Origin: Thermoproteota archaeon
GTDB taxonomy: Archaea > Thermoproteota > Thermoprotei_A > Sulfolobales > NBVN01
Direction: 5' to 3'
Length of the DNA: 64,000 nt
Assembly (NCBI GenBank): GCA_030550455.1
Contig: JAUQPH010000007.1
Location: 5,600-69,599 of the forward strand
Each line of letters opens with the position of its first letter. The stretch's first letter is position 1. A program made the position numbers and the translations under genes. Positions 20,390 to 30,926 of this stretch are shown in pieces. A model generated the notes under the pieces. The model was not told the DNA's origin and ran no database searches. It worked only from the letters and a program-made list of their open reading frames with translations.

Positions 20390-21388
20390 TTACGGTCTCA
20401 ACTCACTAGGGATGGTGATGCCCTTCTCTTGGTAGAACCTGATGGCACCTGGATGTAGGGGTATAGGCATTCCCTCTAAGGCCTTCTTTAGGTCTATGTC
20501 TTTGGCTCTAGCGTGGGCTTCTCGCAGCTCGTCAATACGCTCAAACATTACCTTGAGTACATGGTATACGACATCATCTGGAACGTCGGCTCTAACTGCT
20601 AGCATAGCCATAACGGCTAAAGTCCTAGTGTCAGACGTCATGCCGGTGTATGTTCCTGCGGGAACCGTATATCTGGTGAAGAACCTGTATCCCTGCCCAA
20701 CGAGCGTGTTAAGTACCTCATCTGGGACTTCAACTAGGCTTACTGGAACCGTAGCAGCGAGAGATAGTACTGCTGAAGTAGGTATTCCGGCAACAACGAA
20801 GGCCGCATCTACTAAGCCCAGCTTTAGGGAGTCAGCAGCCGCGGCAAAGTCTAGATTCTGTACGGCGATCTTATCCCATACTCCAGCAGCTCTCAAAATG
20901 AGTTCTGCCTCAACAGCAGTTCCACTACCTACGGCCCCTATGGCCACCCTCTTACCAGCTAGATCGTATATACTCTTTATGCCACTATCTGCTCTAACCA
21001 CTATTTGAATAACTTCGGGGTAGAGAACTGCGACACCTCTTGCCAACTCAACCCTACTGCCCTCGAACATGTAGATACCCTTGTATGCGTAGTAAGCAAT
21101 GTCGTTTTGAACGAACACTAGCTGGGCATCTCCAGCCCCTAGAGCCCTCATGTTGGCTACTGAAGCACCACTCGTCGATACCGAAGACGAGATCACGTTA
21201 CCCGCATACTTGTTCAACATCTCTGAGAGCTTAACTCCAAGGGGATAGTATACTCCACCAGTTCCACCAGTCCATATGTTTAGGGTATATGGTTTAACCT
21301 CCGGTCTCCAGAGCATGTACGCCGCTATGCCTACAACTAGCAACACAATGACTACTCCTACTATAATAGGTACCTTAACCTTCAACAA
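20390..21388 (-). CDS. TAXI-family TRAP transporter solute-binding protein
   Basis: 332 aa with an N-terminal anchor and the hallmark WTGGTGGVYYPLG. Confidence 0.8.
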   Translation of the reverse strand: MLKVKVPIIVGVVIVLLVVGIAAYMLWRPEVKPYTLNIWTGGTGGVYYPLGVKLSEMLNKYAGNVISSSVSTSGASVANMRALGAGDAQLVFVQNDIAYYAYKGIYMFEGSRVELARGVAVLYPEVIQIVVRADSGIKSIYDLAGKRVAIGAVGSGTAVEAELILRAAGVWDKIAVQNLDFAAAADSLKLGLVDAAFVVAGIPTSAVLSLAATVPVSLVEVPDEVLNTLVGQGYRFFTRYTVPAGTYTGMTSDTRTLAVMAMLAVRADVPDDVVYHVLKVMFERIDELREAHARAKDIDLKKALEGMPIPLHPGAIRFYQEKGITIPSELRP

Positions 21389-21449
21389 TATACACCTCGT
21401 CTACTAGATACGTAAACAAACTTAAAAATTTGTGCGAAGGAAGGCTCAG

Positions 21450-21725
21450 CCTCGCGCAACTGTTTCAGGTCTACGTAGGTTTATAATAGTTAACACTTTA
21501 TCAAAATCGCTCTTGCCCACAACGCTGGTACGTAGTGAAGACTAAAGTGGGCAGGACATCTAACGCCAAGATGTGGTAGTTTCCTCACGGTCGGGAATTT
21601 GAGGTAGTTTATGAGGGGGGCTGTAGGTTGGGTCACTCCGAGCGGTAGAGGCCGAAACGGAGCCTCCGATGTAAGGGGTTAGGGTTTCATGTTAGTTGAT
21701 GTGGTTTGATGTTAATCCTCAGCTT
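21450..21725 (-). repeat. Dispersed repeat family, copy 2 (subfamily B). The boundary at 21725 is approximate.
   Basis: The reverse complement aligns with 57955-58260, for example ...CCGTGAGGAAACTACCACATCTTGGCGTTAGATGTCCTGCCCAC... and the terminal GAAACAGTTGCGCGAGG. Confidence 0.7.
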
Positions 21726-21982
21726 TAGAGACCTCAGTCAACCGTGATCAAGTACAGCAACAACTCGAGGGTAGGCATTTGTGGTTTTATAGTGAGAAAT
21801 GAAGTTGGAATGCTGTTGCGTGCTCCAACTCTCTCCTCAGAGCCTTGGGTGACGGGAGCAGTACTCTAAGCTACTCAGGGCTAGAGCTAGATGTGAGCTG
21901 CGTGTCGTTGGGCTCGAGCGGTGCCCATGGCTCCTGCGTTGAGTGGTTGGTAGCCACAGTGAAGAGTGAATGAAAGGCATAA

Positions 21983-22018
21983 CCCACCCTAGGGAAACTT
22001 ACAGAAACCTAGGGTGGG
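21983..22018 (-). terminator. Perfect 11-bp hairpin downstream of pgk
   Basis: CCCACCCTAGG-14 nt-CCTAGGGTGGG lies 20 nt beyond the pgk stop. Confidence 0.35.
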
Positions 22019-22037
22019 AAACGGTTAGGTTAATCTA

Positions 22038-23276
22038 CTAGCAATTCCATCCGAAAAACCTTTTAGCAGACTCCTTCAGCGCTTTAATCGCTGGAAGTTC
22101 TTCACCGGCTAACGCCATCAATAGGGCGCCGCCTCCAGTGGATATGTGCACCTTGTCTCTATTAGCACCTTCCACTAGTGCCCCTAGATGCCCTCCACCT
22201 ATCACGAGGAACGCCCCACTTCTCAGCGCAGCAGATACGAGGGCTTCAGAGCCGGCTCTGAACTTTGGGTCTTCGATGTATCCGGCAGGCCCTCTCATGA
22301 CGATCAGCTTGGCATCTCTCATTAGCTCAGAGTACATCTGCATGGTGTATGTTCCTATATCCATGGGTCTACCGGTTATGGTACTTGCTGGACACTCGTC
22401 TATCTCTCCATTGTTTTTAACCACTACATAGTCTAGTGGGACATCTATTGGTGCGCCACCCAAGAGGATCCTCCTTGCTCTTGGGACTAGCGTCATGAGA
22501 CCTCTTTCCTCCAAGACTTTAAGCACATTTTCCGATATCTTACCTCCACGAGCTATGTGAAAGACTAGAGCAACTAGACCTGTAGTAAGTATTCTGTCCG
22601 CTAGTCTGTTTTTAGTTAGGTTCTCGATGATCTTCAGAGTATCAGCAACTTTCGCACCACCTAAGACGAAAACTCTGGGTGAGTAATCAGAGTCTACTAT
22701 CTTCCTTAGAGCTTCAACCTCGCTCTTCATAACGTGCCCTATGACTGACTTAACTACCATCGGGAACCCCACTATCGATGGCTGCGATCTATGTGCAGTA
22801 GCAAAAGCGTCAAATACGTAGAGGTCGAAAAGCGGTGCCAACCTCCTAACGAGAAAGCTTTTAGCATGTACTTCGGGTGGTGCTTCTATTAGCTCTTCTG
22901 AAACGAATCTAACGTTATCTAGTAGTAGAACTTCACCATAACCTAGCTTCTTAATCTCCGATAGTGCTGTAGGACCCATCACATCTTCTACGAACTTAAC
23001 TTCTATCCCTAGGTGTCTTGAGAGTACTTCGCTGTGAGGCTTCAGCTGAGTAAATCCCTCCTCACCAGGTCTACCTTGGTGAGATAGTAAAACAACAGCG
23101 CAGCCTGAATCTAAGAGGTCTCTAATTGTCTTAAGATGAGCTCTGATTCTCGAGTCATCCAAGATCTTGCCCTCGAGGTCCAGGGGAACGTTGAAATCTA
23201 CGCGAACCAGGACCTTAAGTTTCTCTATATCAATATCTTCAATAACAGGTAATCTCGGGAGCACTTTACCACCCAC
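22038..23276 (-). CDS. pgk: Phosphoglycerate kinase
   Basis: 412 aa with motifs RVDFNVP, SHQGRPG, LGGAKVADTLKII and STGGGA. Confidence 0.9.
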   Translation of the reverse strand: MGGKVLPRLPVIEDIDIEKLKVLVRVDFNVPLDLEGKILDDSRIRAHLKTIRDLLDSGCAVVLLSHQGRPGEEGFTQLKPHSEVLSRHLGIEVKFVEDVMGPTALSEIKKLGYGEVLLLDNVRFVSEELIEAPPEVHAKSFLVRRLAPLFDLYVFDAFATAHRSQPSIVGFPMVVKSVIGHVMKSEVEALRKIVDSDYSPRVFVLGGAKVADTLKIIENLTKNRLADRILTTGLVALVFHIARGGKISENVLKVLEERGLMTLVPRARRILLGGAPIDVPLDYVVVKNNGEIDECPASTITGRPMDIGTYTMQMYSELMRDAKLIVMRGPAGYIEDPKFRAGSEALVSAALRSGAFLVIGGGHLGALVEGANRDKVHISTGGGALLMALAGEELPAIKALKESAKRFFGWNC

Positions 23277-23610
23277 TTATGCTGGGTCCACCACTAAATA
23301 AAGGCAGAGAATTAAAGCATTGCTATTATCTAGCCATCTCTCAATTGATTCAGTGGTTTGACGAAAGTAAGCATCACCTGAGCTTTAGATACACCGCATC
23401 TAGGTGTCAACTCCACATCAGCTACCCAGTCTTCAATTTTCATAACTTACTTCCACGAGGGTGTTATTAAGTAGCTGATAATTTCTATTGGTATAATTGG
23501 TATAACGAATAATTCGAATCGGCAAGCCGCAAGCTGTAATGTCTCGAGGTTTAGCTTCAATTGTTTAATCACTCTACCTTAGGAAGTAGCGGACTTAGTT
23601 AGGCGAAAAC

Positions 23611-23618
23611 TTTATAAA
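23611..23618 (+). promoter_or_regulatory. TATA box for the ABC binding-protein gene
   Basis: TTTATAAA starts 37 nt upstream of the ATG at 23648. Confidence 0.4.
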
Positions 23619-23647
23619 CTAGCTAAGATTTAGTGTTGGGGTAAATT

Positions 23648-25978
23648 ATGCGGTACGTGATGGCCAGCCTATTCGCTATATCGCTCATAGGCCTACTCCT
23701 CATAAGTGTCGCAGCACCTGTAGAAGCCCAGAAGGGGCTGGGTGAGGACTGGTATAAGTACGGACCATACCTAGATAAGATAACGTACCCAGTAATGAAG
23801 GACTACACTATGAGGTTGCTAGCCTTCGAGGCCGGTGAGTTATCTCTAGTTGGTGTTCTCCCGGCCCACTTAGATAGAGTGAGAACTAATAGACCTGACG
23901 CCCACATATTCTTTACTGTAGGTATAAACTCCTTAGGGCAGCTGCACTTCAACGTGGAGCTCTGGCCAGTCAAGTACTACGAGCTCAGGGCGGCGCTGGC
24001 CCACCTGTGGAATAGGGATAGGATAATTGCGGAATCCCCACTTAGGGGGCTGGCAGTTAAGTGTACTACTATAGCTCCACCTACTCACGGCGCTTGGGTT
24101 AACTGGGATGCTGACTTCGAGAAGCTGTACCCGTACGACCCTGAGAAGGCTAAGTCTCTCTTAGCGAAAATATTTACACCGTGTACTGGTCCTGACGGTA
24201 GACCTGCTTGGTGCGACCCGAGAGAGGGAGGTAGAGTAGTTGAGATCGAGATCCTCTCACTACCGGAAGCAACATCACCAACCTACTGGTGGATCGCACA
24301 GTACATAAAGTCAGAAGCAGAAGCAATAGGACTGAGAGTAACTATAAAGGCCGTCAGCAGTAGAGAACTAGACGCAGCAACTTCCGCAGGAACTGCTCAA
24401 GCATGGATCATCGGCTGGTCTTTCGGCAGGTTCCCGACGTTCATGTACTACTTCTGGCACAGTAGTGAGATTAGGCCGGGCGGCTGGAACGAGTGGAGAG
24501 TCAACGACTCAAGACTCGATGCTATTCTCGACAGGTTCTACTTCACTAAGGACATGAAGGAGGCTATGGAGTATGGCTGGAAGGCTCAGGAACTTCTAGC
24601 TAAAGAGATAATTCCGTGGATACCGACCTACACCAGTATCGGTATAACAGCGTTCGATGGTGCTATAGATAGAGACTCCATAGTCCTAGCTTACGCACCA
24701 CCTCTAAAGGACCCCGTAGGGTTCTCAGCATTCTGGTGGTTCACTGTTAAATACAAAGACAGAACATTCGGTGGTGTTTTAAGGTACTACCACACAGTCG
24801 ACCTGACGACCTATCACCCAGCGACATACCTGTGGGCTAGTGAGGCAGACGCTATCTTCAGAATATACATACCGACCATGTATACAAGACCCGAGGACAT
24901 ATATGCCGAGCCGAGGATACCGATGTTCCTAAAGTACTTCAAGATAGATGAAGTAACATACGAAGGTACGAAAGCGTATAGGTTCACTATAACACTATTC
25001 GAGGGCATCAAGTGGCAAGACGGTGTCGAGCTTACTGCTGAGGACTATGCCTATACAGTACTAAAGTTCGGTAGAGAGTTGAAGACGAGGAGGTACTACG
25101 GTCCGGACATAGAGCAGCTCATAGACATAAAGGTAGTCAACAAGACCACGCTAGAGCTCTACTTCAAGGACTACGGTTGGGTAGACCCATTCGCTTACAC
25201 TGAGCGTGTCATACTGCCTAAACACATATTCGAAAGATTACCTAACCCACTAGAGGATCCATCAACACTGCCGCACCCAACGATACCAGGCTTACCAGCA
25301 ATGATCGGTAACGGGCCGTACGCTTTAGCTAAAATAAGAGAGATAGCTTACGCCGAGCTCGTCTGGAACCCGTGGTTCTACTACAGACATCCAGATAGGA
25401 CAGTAAAGTTTGCTGCCGTGACTATACCTAGCACCGTTAATGAAGGTACACCATTTAAGGTCTCCGTGACCTTAGTTGACTACCTAGGTGATAGAGCTAC
25501 TAACGCCTCTATTACTGTGAAGCTCACCGGTCCAATAACACTAACGCTCACTGCCTCCCACGTCGGTGGTGGTGTGTACGAAGCAACAGTTCCAGGACTC
25601 AGAGCCGGGACCTACTCTGTTGACATATATGCTGAACAGCCGATCATGAAGTGGTCTGTTGACAACAAGTACTCCACTAAAGTAACTGTCGGTGCTGTCG
25701 TCGGTCCCGGTCCAGTAGGTCCCACTATTGAGAGACCGCCTACTGTAGTCATCGAGATTCCAGGAATTCCACCAGTAGAAATAACTCCACCGCCAATGAT
25801 ATCGTTCGCAGCACCGGAGGTAAAGGTGACAACACCTGTCATAGCGCTTTCATCGAGTGAAGCTGTGCCCAAGACTACAGAAACAGTTGCAGCAGTAACA
25901 CCAGCTACGCTATCGTATGGAGCTGTAGCATTATCTGTTGTAGCACTAGGAATAGCTGTAGCAGTAAGAAGAAAATAA
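23648..25978 (+). CDS. ABC transporter substrate-binding protein, peptide/oligosaccharide (family 5) type, C-terminally anchored
   Basis: 776 aa with a signal peptide, an SBP family 5-like core, a Pro/Thr/Val-rich linker and a C-terminal TM helix ending in RRK. Two Dpp/Opp-type permease genes follow. Confidence 0.75.
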   Translation: MRYVMASLFAISLIGLLLISVAAPVEAQKGLGEDWYKYGPYLDKITYPVMKDYTMRLLAFEAGELSLVGVLPAHLDRVRTNRPDAHIFFTVGINSLGQLHFNVELWPVKYYELRAALAHLWNRDRIIAESPLRGLAVKCTTIAPPTHGAWVNWDADFEKLYPYDPEKAKSLLAKIFTPCTGPDGRPAWCDPREGGRVVEIEILSLPEATSPTYWWIAQYIKSEAEAIGLRVTIKAVSSRELDAATSAGTAQAWIIGWSFGRFPTFMYYFWHSSEIRPGGWNEWRVNDSRLDAILDRFYFTKDMKEAMEYGWKAQELLAKEIIPWIPTYTSIGITAFDGAIDRDSIVLAYAPPLKDPVGFSAFWWFTVKYKDRTFGGVLRYYHTVDLTTYHPATYLWASEADAIFRIYIPTMYTRPEDIYAEPRIPMFLKYFKIDEVTYEGTKAYRFTITLFEGIKWQDGVELTAEDYAYTVLKFGRELKTRRYYGPDIEQLIDIKVVNKTTLELYFKDYGWVDPFAYTERVILPKHIFERLPNPLEDPSTLPHPTIPGLPAMIGNGPYALAKIREIAYAELVWNPWFYYRHPDRTVKFAAVTIPSTVNEGTPFKVSVTLVDYLGDRATNASITVKLTGPITLTLTASHVGGGVYEATVPGLRAGTYSVDIYAEQPIMKWSVDNKYSTKVTVGAVVGPGPVGPTIERPPTVVIEIPGIPPVEITPPPMISFAAPEVKVTTPVIALSSSEAVPKTTETVAAVTPATLSYGAVALSVVALGIAVAVRRK

Positions 25979-26176
25979 GATAATAAGATAACCAAGTTTT
26001 TTAATCTCATCTAAACTATATACTCACACCTTTTTACATTTGACTCGTTTACGTAGCTTTATCTATCCATAGACTAAGGCTTTAGGGAGGCTACTGCTAG
26101 ACGTCGACATAAATGAAAAGAAATCGAGTTACCTTATATTTTTAAGGGTAACACCGTAAGAGTATAGGGAATCTAA

Positions 26177-27205
26177 GTGGGTGCTGGGACGTTTATAGCA
26201 AAGACAGGGGTTAGGCTGCTGGGAACGTACGTAGTAGTGCTCATGATCTACTTCATCGTTGTTAGAGTGTTGCCCGTAGTTGCTGCTGGTGGCAATATGG
26301 CGGCAGACCCTCTTCTAGCAGCACTAAGGAGAACTGCTGAAGACCCTAGGTTCAGTCTGTGGATTGGTGAAACTATAAAGAGGTTCGGCTTGGATAGACC
26401 GCTAGTACCCGACCAGCTATTGATGTACTTGAGAAACGTACTTGTATTCGATTTCGGGATCTCCGTATACACTCAAAAACCTGTTTTAGATGAGATAGCT
26501 ATTAGACTTCCCTACACACTGTCCTTCTACACTATAACGACTATAGTGCCGATAGTAATTGGGTTCTACTTAGGGATAACTGCCGCTAAGAACAGGGGTA
26601 AACCTCTAGATACAGCTATAGTTCAGGCATCAATATTCACTAACATGCTTCCTGGGTGGCTCACTCTCTTGATAGTTTACTATGTGCTAGCGTATCTTCC
26701 AAGAGTTACGTGGGGTTACTACATATTCCCACTTCCGGTTAGAGCTCCTGAGATAGGTATTAGAGACTGGGAGCAGTTTAGGTACTTACTCTGGTATATG
26801 TCACCAATGCTACTAGCAGCACTAATCGCCTGGTCCGGTGGCTGGATATACTACATAAGACAGCTAGTAGTATCAGAAATGGGTCAAGACTACGTTACTA
26901 CTGCCTTAGCTAAGGGCCTCGACGAGAGGTCTACGCTTAGGAAGCACGTCATACCTAACGTTAGACCCCCGATAGTAATCTCTCTGGCTTACACCATACC
27001 TGGCATATTCGGTGGAGCGATAATATTTGAGATAATATCTAACTGGCCTGGAATAGCTTACTTCGCTTACCAAGCACTACTCAACTGGGACTTCCCAGTC
27101 ATGTCAGCGTTCTTCACTATATCGGCAGCACTCACAGTCACATCTCTCTTTATAGCGGAGATAGTACTCGTAGCTATAGACCCGAGAGTAAGAACGGGTG
27201 GTTAA
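26177..27205 (+). CDS. ABC transporter permease (DppB/OppB type)
   Basis: 342 aa polytopic protein with the EAA-like loop ALAKGLDERSTLRKHVIPN. Confidence 0.85.
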   Translation: MGAGTFIAKTGVRLLGTYVVVLMIYFIVVRVLPVVAAGGNMAADPLLAALRRTAEDPRFSLWIGETIKRFGLDRPLVPDQLLMYLRNVLVFDFGISVYTQKPVLDEIAIRLPYTLSFYTITTIVPIVIGFYLGITAAKNRGKPLDTAIVQASIFTNMLPGWLTLLIVYYVLAYLPRVTWGYYIFPLPVRAPEIGIRDWEQFRYLLWYMSPMLLAALIAWSGGWIYYIRQLVVSEMGQDYVTTALAKGLDERSTLRKHVIPNVRPPIVISLAYTIPGIFGGAIIFEIISNWPGIAYFAYQALLNWDFPVMSAFFTISAALTVTSLFIAEIVLVAIDPRVRTGG

Positions 27206-28829
27206 AGTGGCTCGGGCGGCAAGTACTGCTAGAGTGAGATCCGGGGTTACACTAGGGTTAACCAGGCTTGCTGAAATAGCTGTCCTAGTTTTTAGAAAGA
27301 AGACGGCAGTAGTAGGCATATCTCTAATACTGATTTTAGCAGTTCTCGGTGGTTTAGCGCCAATACTAACTCCATATAGCCCGGTAATGCGGGAAGTAGT
27401 GGCGGCTGACTTCGCTGTTCCTGAGTGGGCAGCCTCTCCCGAAATAGCTCGAAATATAGTGAAAGTGTTTGATACCTTTAAAGTAGAGAATAGAGTAATT
27501 CAAGGGAATGTCGAAGTTAACGTGTTAAGGACTAGTGGAGGCTTTGAAGTAGTGTTCGAAGGAAGTGGATATGCTAGCCTACTGATAGTAACTGAGGACT
27601 ACTTAGAGTATCCATACAAGCCAGCGAGGTCGATGGACGTGAGAATAGCATTTAACACTACCTACCTAGAGGGTAGGAGTGAGGCATGGTATAACGTCGA
27701 CACAGTTATCATAAACAAAGACCTAGTAGAGCGAGGAGAAAAGAGAGCACTAAGAGTTACTCTCCCAGACGGAAGGGTTACCGAATTCGAAGTCCCGAGA
27801 GGCATCTACTCTCTGTACGACGTAGTTACGACGAGAGTTGGGTGGATCTACGACTACTTCAAGGGAGCTTTGAGGGTTTCAGCTCCCGCCGTATTACCTA
27901 ACCCAATGAGGAACATGCTACAACCCTACATCCTATCGATAAAGGATCCTGTAATTAGAGATAGAGTATCGCAGGCCTTTGGTGAGGTTAACGCCGCAAG
28001 AGAGCTCCTATTGGAAAGAGGAACCAAGATCTACTTAGCGGTAAACGTAACGTACTACTGTGACCCAATGAACTTCATGATGAGGTGTGAAAACGGAGGC
28101 CTTAGGGTAAGCTACGCACCCATCAGGCTGTTTATAAAGGGTGAAGCCTTCGGGGTGCTGGGTACAACTGCTTACGGCAATGATGTCTGGACGCAGTTTA
28201 TCTATGGAGCTAGGAGTGCCGTAGTTCTCGGACTAGCTGTAGCCACAGTAACGACTTTAGTAGCCTTAGTCTTCGGGTTGGTTGCTGGCTATAGAGCTGG
28301 AACTTACACAGACCACTCAATAACGCTTCTAACAGACATAATATACTTCATACCTGTGATACCGCTAGTTATGGTAGTAGGTTTAGTATTCGGGAGGACT
28401 CTGTGGAACATATACGCCGTCCTAATAGCTACAGCGTGGCCTGGTGGTGCGAGAATCATCAGGCAGTGGACTATGACTCTGAGAAGCAGTCTCTACGTTG
28501 AATCAGCTAAAGCTCTTGGAGCAAGCGAGTGGAGAATAATGATCAAGCACATAGCTCCACAGCTAGTGCCGTACTTAGTCTACAGAATAGTCATGGCGGT
28601 TCCCGGAGTAGTATTCTTTGAGGCAGGTATTCAGCTACTAGGATTCGGAGACCCAGAAGCACCAACATGGGGCAGAATGATAAACGAAGCGTACTACCAG
28701 GGGGCATTCTTAATGAACGCTTGGTGGTGGATAATTCCACCGATAGCAGGGTTGATAATGCTAGCCGCAGGATTCGTCCTCTTCGGAATGGCTTTAGATG
28801 AGATAGTAAACCCAAGACTGAGGAGGTAA
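27198..28829 (+). CDS. ABC transporter permease (DppC/OppC type) with a long extracytoplasmic insertion
   Basis: 543 aa. The C-terminal ~230 aa form the permease core (ESAKALGASEWRIMIKHIAPQ). About 290 aa of soluble-looking sequence sit between TM1 and the core. Confidence 0.8.
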   Translation: MVKVARAASTARVRSGVTLGLTRLAEIAVLVFRKKTAVVGISLILILAVLGGLAPILTPYSPVMREVVAADFAVPEWAASPEIARNIVKVFDTFKVENRVIQGNVEVNVLRTSGGFEVVFEGSGYASLLIVTEDYLEYPYKPARSMDVRIAFNTTYLEGRSEAWYNVDTVIINKDLVERGEKRALRVTLPDGRVTEFEVPRGIYSLYDVVTTRVGWIYDYFKGALRVSAPAVLPNPMRNMLQPYILSIKDPVIRDRVSQAFGEVNAARELLLERGTKIYLAVNVTYYCDPMNFMMRCENGGLRVSYAPIRLFIKGEAFGVLGTTAYGNDVWTQFIYGARSAVVLGLAVATVTTLVALVFGLVAGYRAGTYTDHSITLLTDIIYFIPVIPLVMVVGLVFGRTLWNIYAVLIATAWPGGARIIRQWTMTLRSSLYVESAKALGASEWRIMIKHIAPQLVPYLVYRIVMAVPGVVFFEAGIQLLGFGDPEAPTWGRMINEAYYQGAFLMNAWWWIIPPIAGLIMLAAGFVLFGMALDEIVNPRLRR

Positions 28830-28895
28830 CATATACTTCGAAGAGAGCACCGCATATATTTTTTCCTCTAGCTGGCAGGTACTTGGGTGTGTTAA

Positions 28896-29165
28896 TTGGA
28901 GGATGTCCTGATCCTGGTCGGAATAGTTGCCTTAGCTGTCTTACTTATGTATATGCTAGAGTACTATAGACCACTAATTTTAGCAGTTCTATTAGCCTAT
29001 CTAGCTTTCCCTATATACTGGTTTATTGCTACTCTCGAGCTAGACCCTCTTTTAAGGATTGCTTTACAAGTAGTAGTCTTTATGTTGATGTACGGCGTAG
29101 TTTTGTACATGGTCATGAGCTATCTCTATAAAATGAGAGTGAGAAGATATGAAGCCAAGAGATAG
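28896..29165 (+). CDS. Small membrane protein (hypothetical)
   Basis: 89 aa with three hydrophobic segments and a TTG start. Confidence 0.35.
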   Translation: MEDVLILVGIVALAVLLMYMLEYYRPLILAVLLAYLAFPIYWFIATLELDPLLRIALQVVVFMLMYGVVLYMVMSYLYKMRVRRYEAKR

Positions 29166-29562
29166 TCTATTTATAATGTTAACGTGTTCGGTACTACTGG
29201 GACTGTTAACCACACTCTTTAGCCACGTGATTCCCGAGAGAATATATGCGCCAGCAGTAGCGGGAGTTATTGTGGGGTTTCTACTGACTCCGCTTGTCGT
29301 TAGGTATGGTGGAGGTATAGTAGATGTGGCCGTAATAGGAGCTATAGCTTCACTTATTGGAGTACTGCTAGCTACACTAGTGTACTATGTAGTGCTAGGT
29401 TTTCAGTGGCAAGCTATTAGTCAGTGGACAGTAATTGACTACTTGATTATGATGATAAGGTCCGGAGTCTTTATAGTTAGATTCTTAACTGACTTCATAA
29501 TAGGCTCAGCAGCCCTCCTTAGTGCGGCTGGGTTAGTGGCAGTACTTGTTGTCGGTGAGTAG
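29149..29562 (+). CDS. Membrane protein (hypothetical)
   Basis: 137 aa with four hydrophobic segments. Confidence 0.4.
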   Translation: MKPRDSLFIMLTCSVLLGLLTTLFSHVIPERIYAPAVAGVIVGFLLTPLVVRYGGGIVDVAVIGAIASLIGVLLATLVYYVVLGFQWQAISQWTVIDYLIMMIRSGVFIVRFLTDFIIGSAALLSAAGLVAVLVVGE

Positions 29563-29576
29563 ATCTTCCTCACTAG

Positions 29577-30875
29577 TTAAAGCCAGACGCTTTTATCTAT
29601 AAAGCATTCACTACTTGGTAGGCTCTCTATTGAACCATCCGGTTTAACTATACTGCATGGAGGCACATCTTCGTAGAGAGTAACACCCGGGAAGATCCTG
29701 GAGTAAGCACCTACTTTAATACCTGGGTTTACCGATACGTTAACGCCGGTTCTAGTGTAGCCACCTAGTAAACCACCAAGCTTTCTTCTACCCGTAGGTA
29801 CCTTAACGCCTTTAACTCTAACCTTTATCTCTTTATTATCGAGCCTTAGGTTAGCTAAGATCGTTCCAGCACCTAGATTGCTGTGTTCGCATACTATAGA
29901 GTCACCAATGTATGACAAGTGGTGAGCGCGTACCTCCTCCATAACTACGCTTTCTTTAACCTCGACGGAGAAGCCTATTCTAGAGCCATCGAGTATTATA
30001 CTGCCGGGCCTAATGTAAGCGTTCGGTCCTATAGTAACGCTATCACCGATGTACACAGGTCCCTCGATATAGCTACCGGATAGGACTTCAGAGTTTTTAC
30101 CTATGTAGACCGGTCCCTTGATACTTACTCCACTCTCTACTCTACCGTAAACTATACTTTCTCTAACTCTTTCACTAAGAGCTTCTTTACAAAAGCTGAG
30201 GTAAAGCCAAGACTTACCTAAGTCACGCCAGTATTTTAGCTCGTGGATTCTAATTGAAGCCCCGGAGCGGATTAGTAGTTTAATAGCGTCAGTTAGTTCG
30301 TATTCTCCTCTAGGGCTGAGCTCTATTCTCTCTAAATAGGATGAGATGTTAGTCGAGAACTTGTATAGACCTGCGTTAATCAGTTTCGATATCGGCTGAG
30401 AAGGCTTTTCGACTATATCCTTTAACTCCCCACTTGGATCACCGATCAATACACCATAATCGCGTGGGTCGTCTACGTGGTATGCGGCAACAAGGTAGGA
30501 ACTAGAGCTCGCAGCAACCTTCTTGAGGTCTTCCACGGAATAAACTGAGTCGACATATAGTACTACAACACTTTCTCCTCTAACCTCTTCAAGTCCTTTG
30601 AGTAGTGAGTGTCCAGTGCCTAGGGGTCTTCCCTGGTCGACTACCTTGAGTTCGAACTCGTACTTGTCTTCTACCATCTTAACTCTCTCTCTTACCATGT
30701 CTATCATGTAGTTTGCGACTACCACGACTCTCTTTATTACACCGACACTACTGAGGTTATCTAAATGGTACTCCAAAAGGGTTTTATCGATAACTGGGAT
30801 CAGAGGTTTCGGTCTAGTATGCGTTATAGGCTCTAAACCCCTGCCGAAACCGGCAGCTAGTATAACTGCCTCCAA
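29577..30875 (-). CDS. Bifunctional sugar-1-phosphate nucleotidylyltransferase/acetyltransferase (GlmU / ST0452-like)
   Basis: N-terminal AVILAAGFGRGLEP..RPKPLIPV (NTP-transferase) and C-terminal left-handed beta-helix hexapeptide repeats. Confidence 0.8.
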   Translation of the reverse strand: MEAVILAAGFGRGLEPITHTRPKPLIPVIDKTLLEYHLDNLSSVGVIKRVVVVANYMIDMVRERVKMVEDKYEFELKVVDQGRPLGTGHSLLKGLEEVRGESVVVLYVDSVYSVEDLKKVAASSSSYLVAAYHVDDPRDYGVLIGDPSGELKDIVEKPSQPISKLINAGLYKFSTNISSYLERIELSPRGEYELTDAIKLLIRSGASIRIHELKYWRDLGKSWLYLSFCKEALSERVRESIVYGRVESGVSIKGPVYIGKNSEVLSGSYIEGPVYIGDSVTIGPNAYIRPGSIILDGSRIGFSVEVKESVVMEEVRAHHLSYIGDSIVCEHSNLGAGTILANLRLDNKEIKVRVKGVKVPTGRRKLGGLLGGYTRTGVNVSVNPGIKVGAYSRIFPGVTLYEDVPPCSIVKPDGSIESLPSSECFIDKSVWL

Positions 30876-30926
30876 TACTTTAACCTACACTGAAAGTACA
30901 CTTAACAAATAATAGCTTTGTTCACG

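Noticed and set aside
20442-21008. 188-aa ORF antisense to the TAXI binding-protein gene
   Set aside because: It lies entirely inside a well-supported gene on the other strand. Its Ser/Ala/Thr-rich low-complexity translation is typical of an antisense frame.
21725-21960. Extension of repeat copy 2 by about 240 bp, based on short matches (GTTGGTAGCCA, GACCTCAGTC) to the region left of copy 5
   Set aside because: The matches are only 10-11 nt, sit in inconsistent orientations, and are near chance expectation for regions of this size.
25612-26010. 132-aa ORF antisense to the 3' end of the ABC binding-protein gene
   Set aside because: It mirrors the Pro/Thr/Val-rich linker region and has a low-complexity translation.
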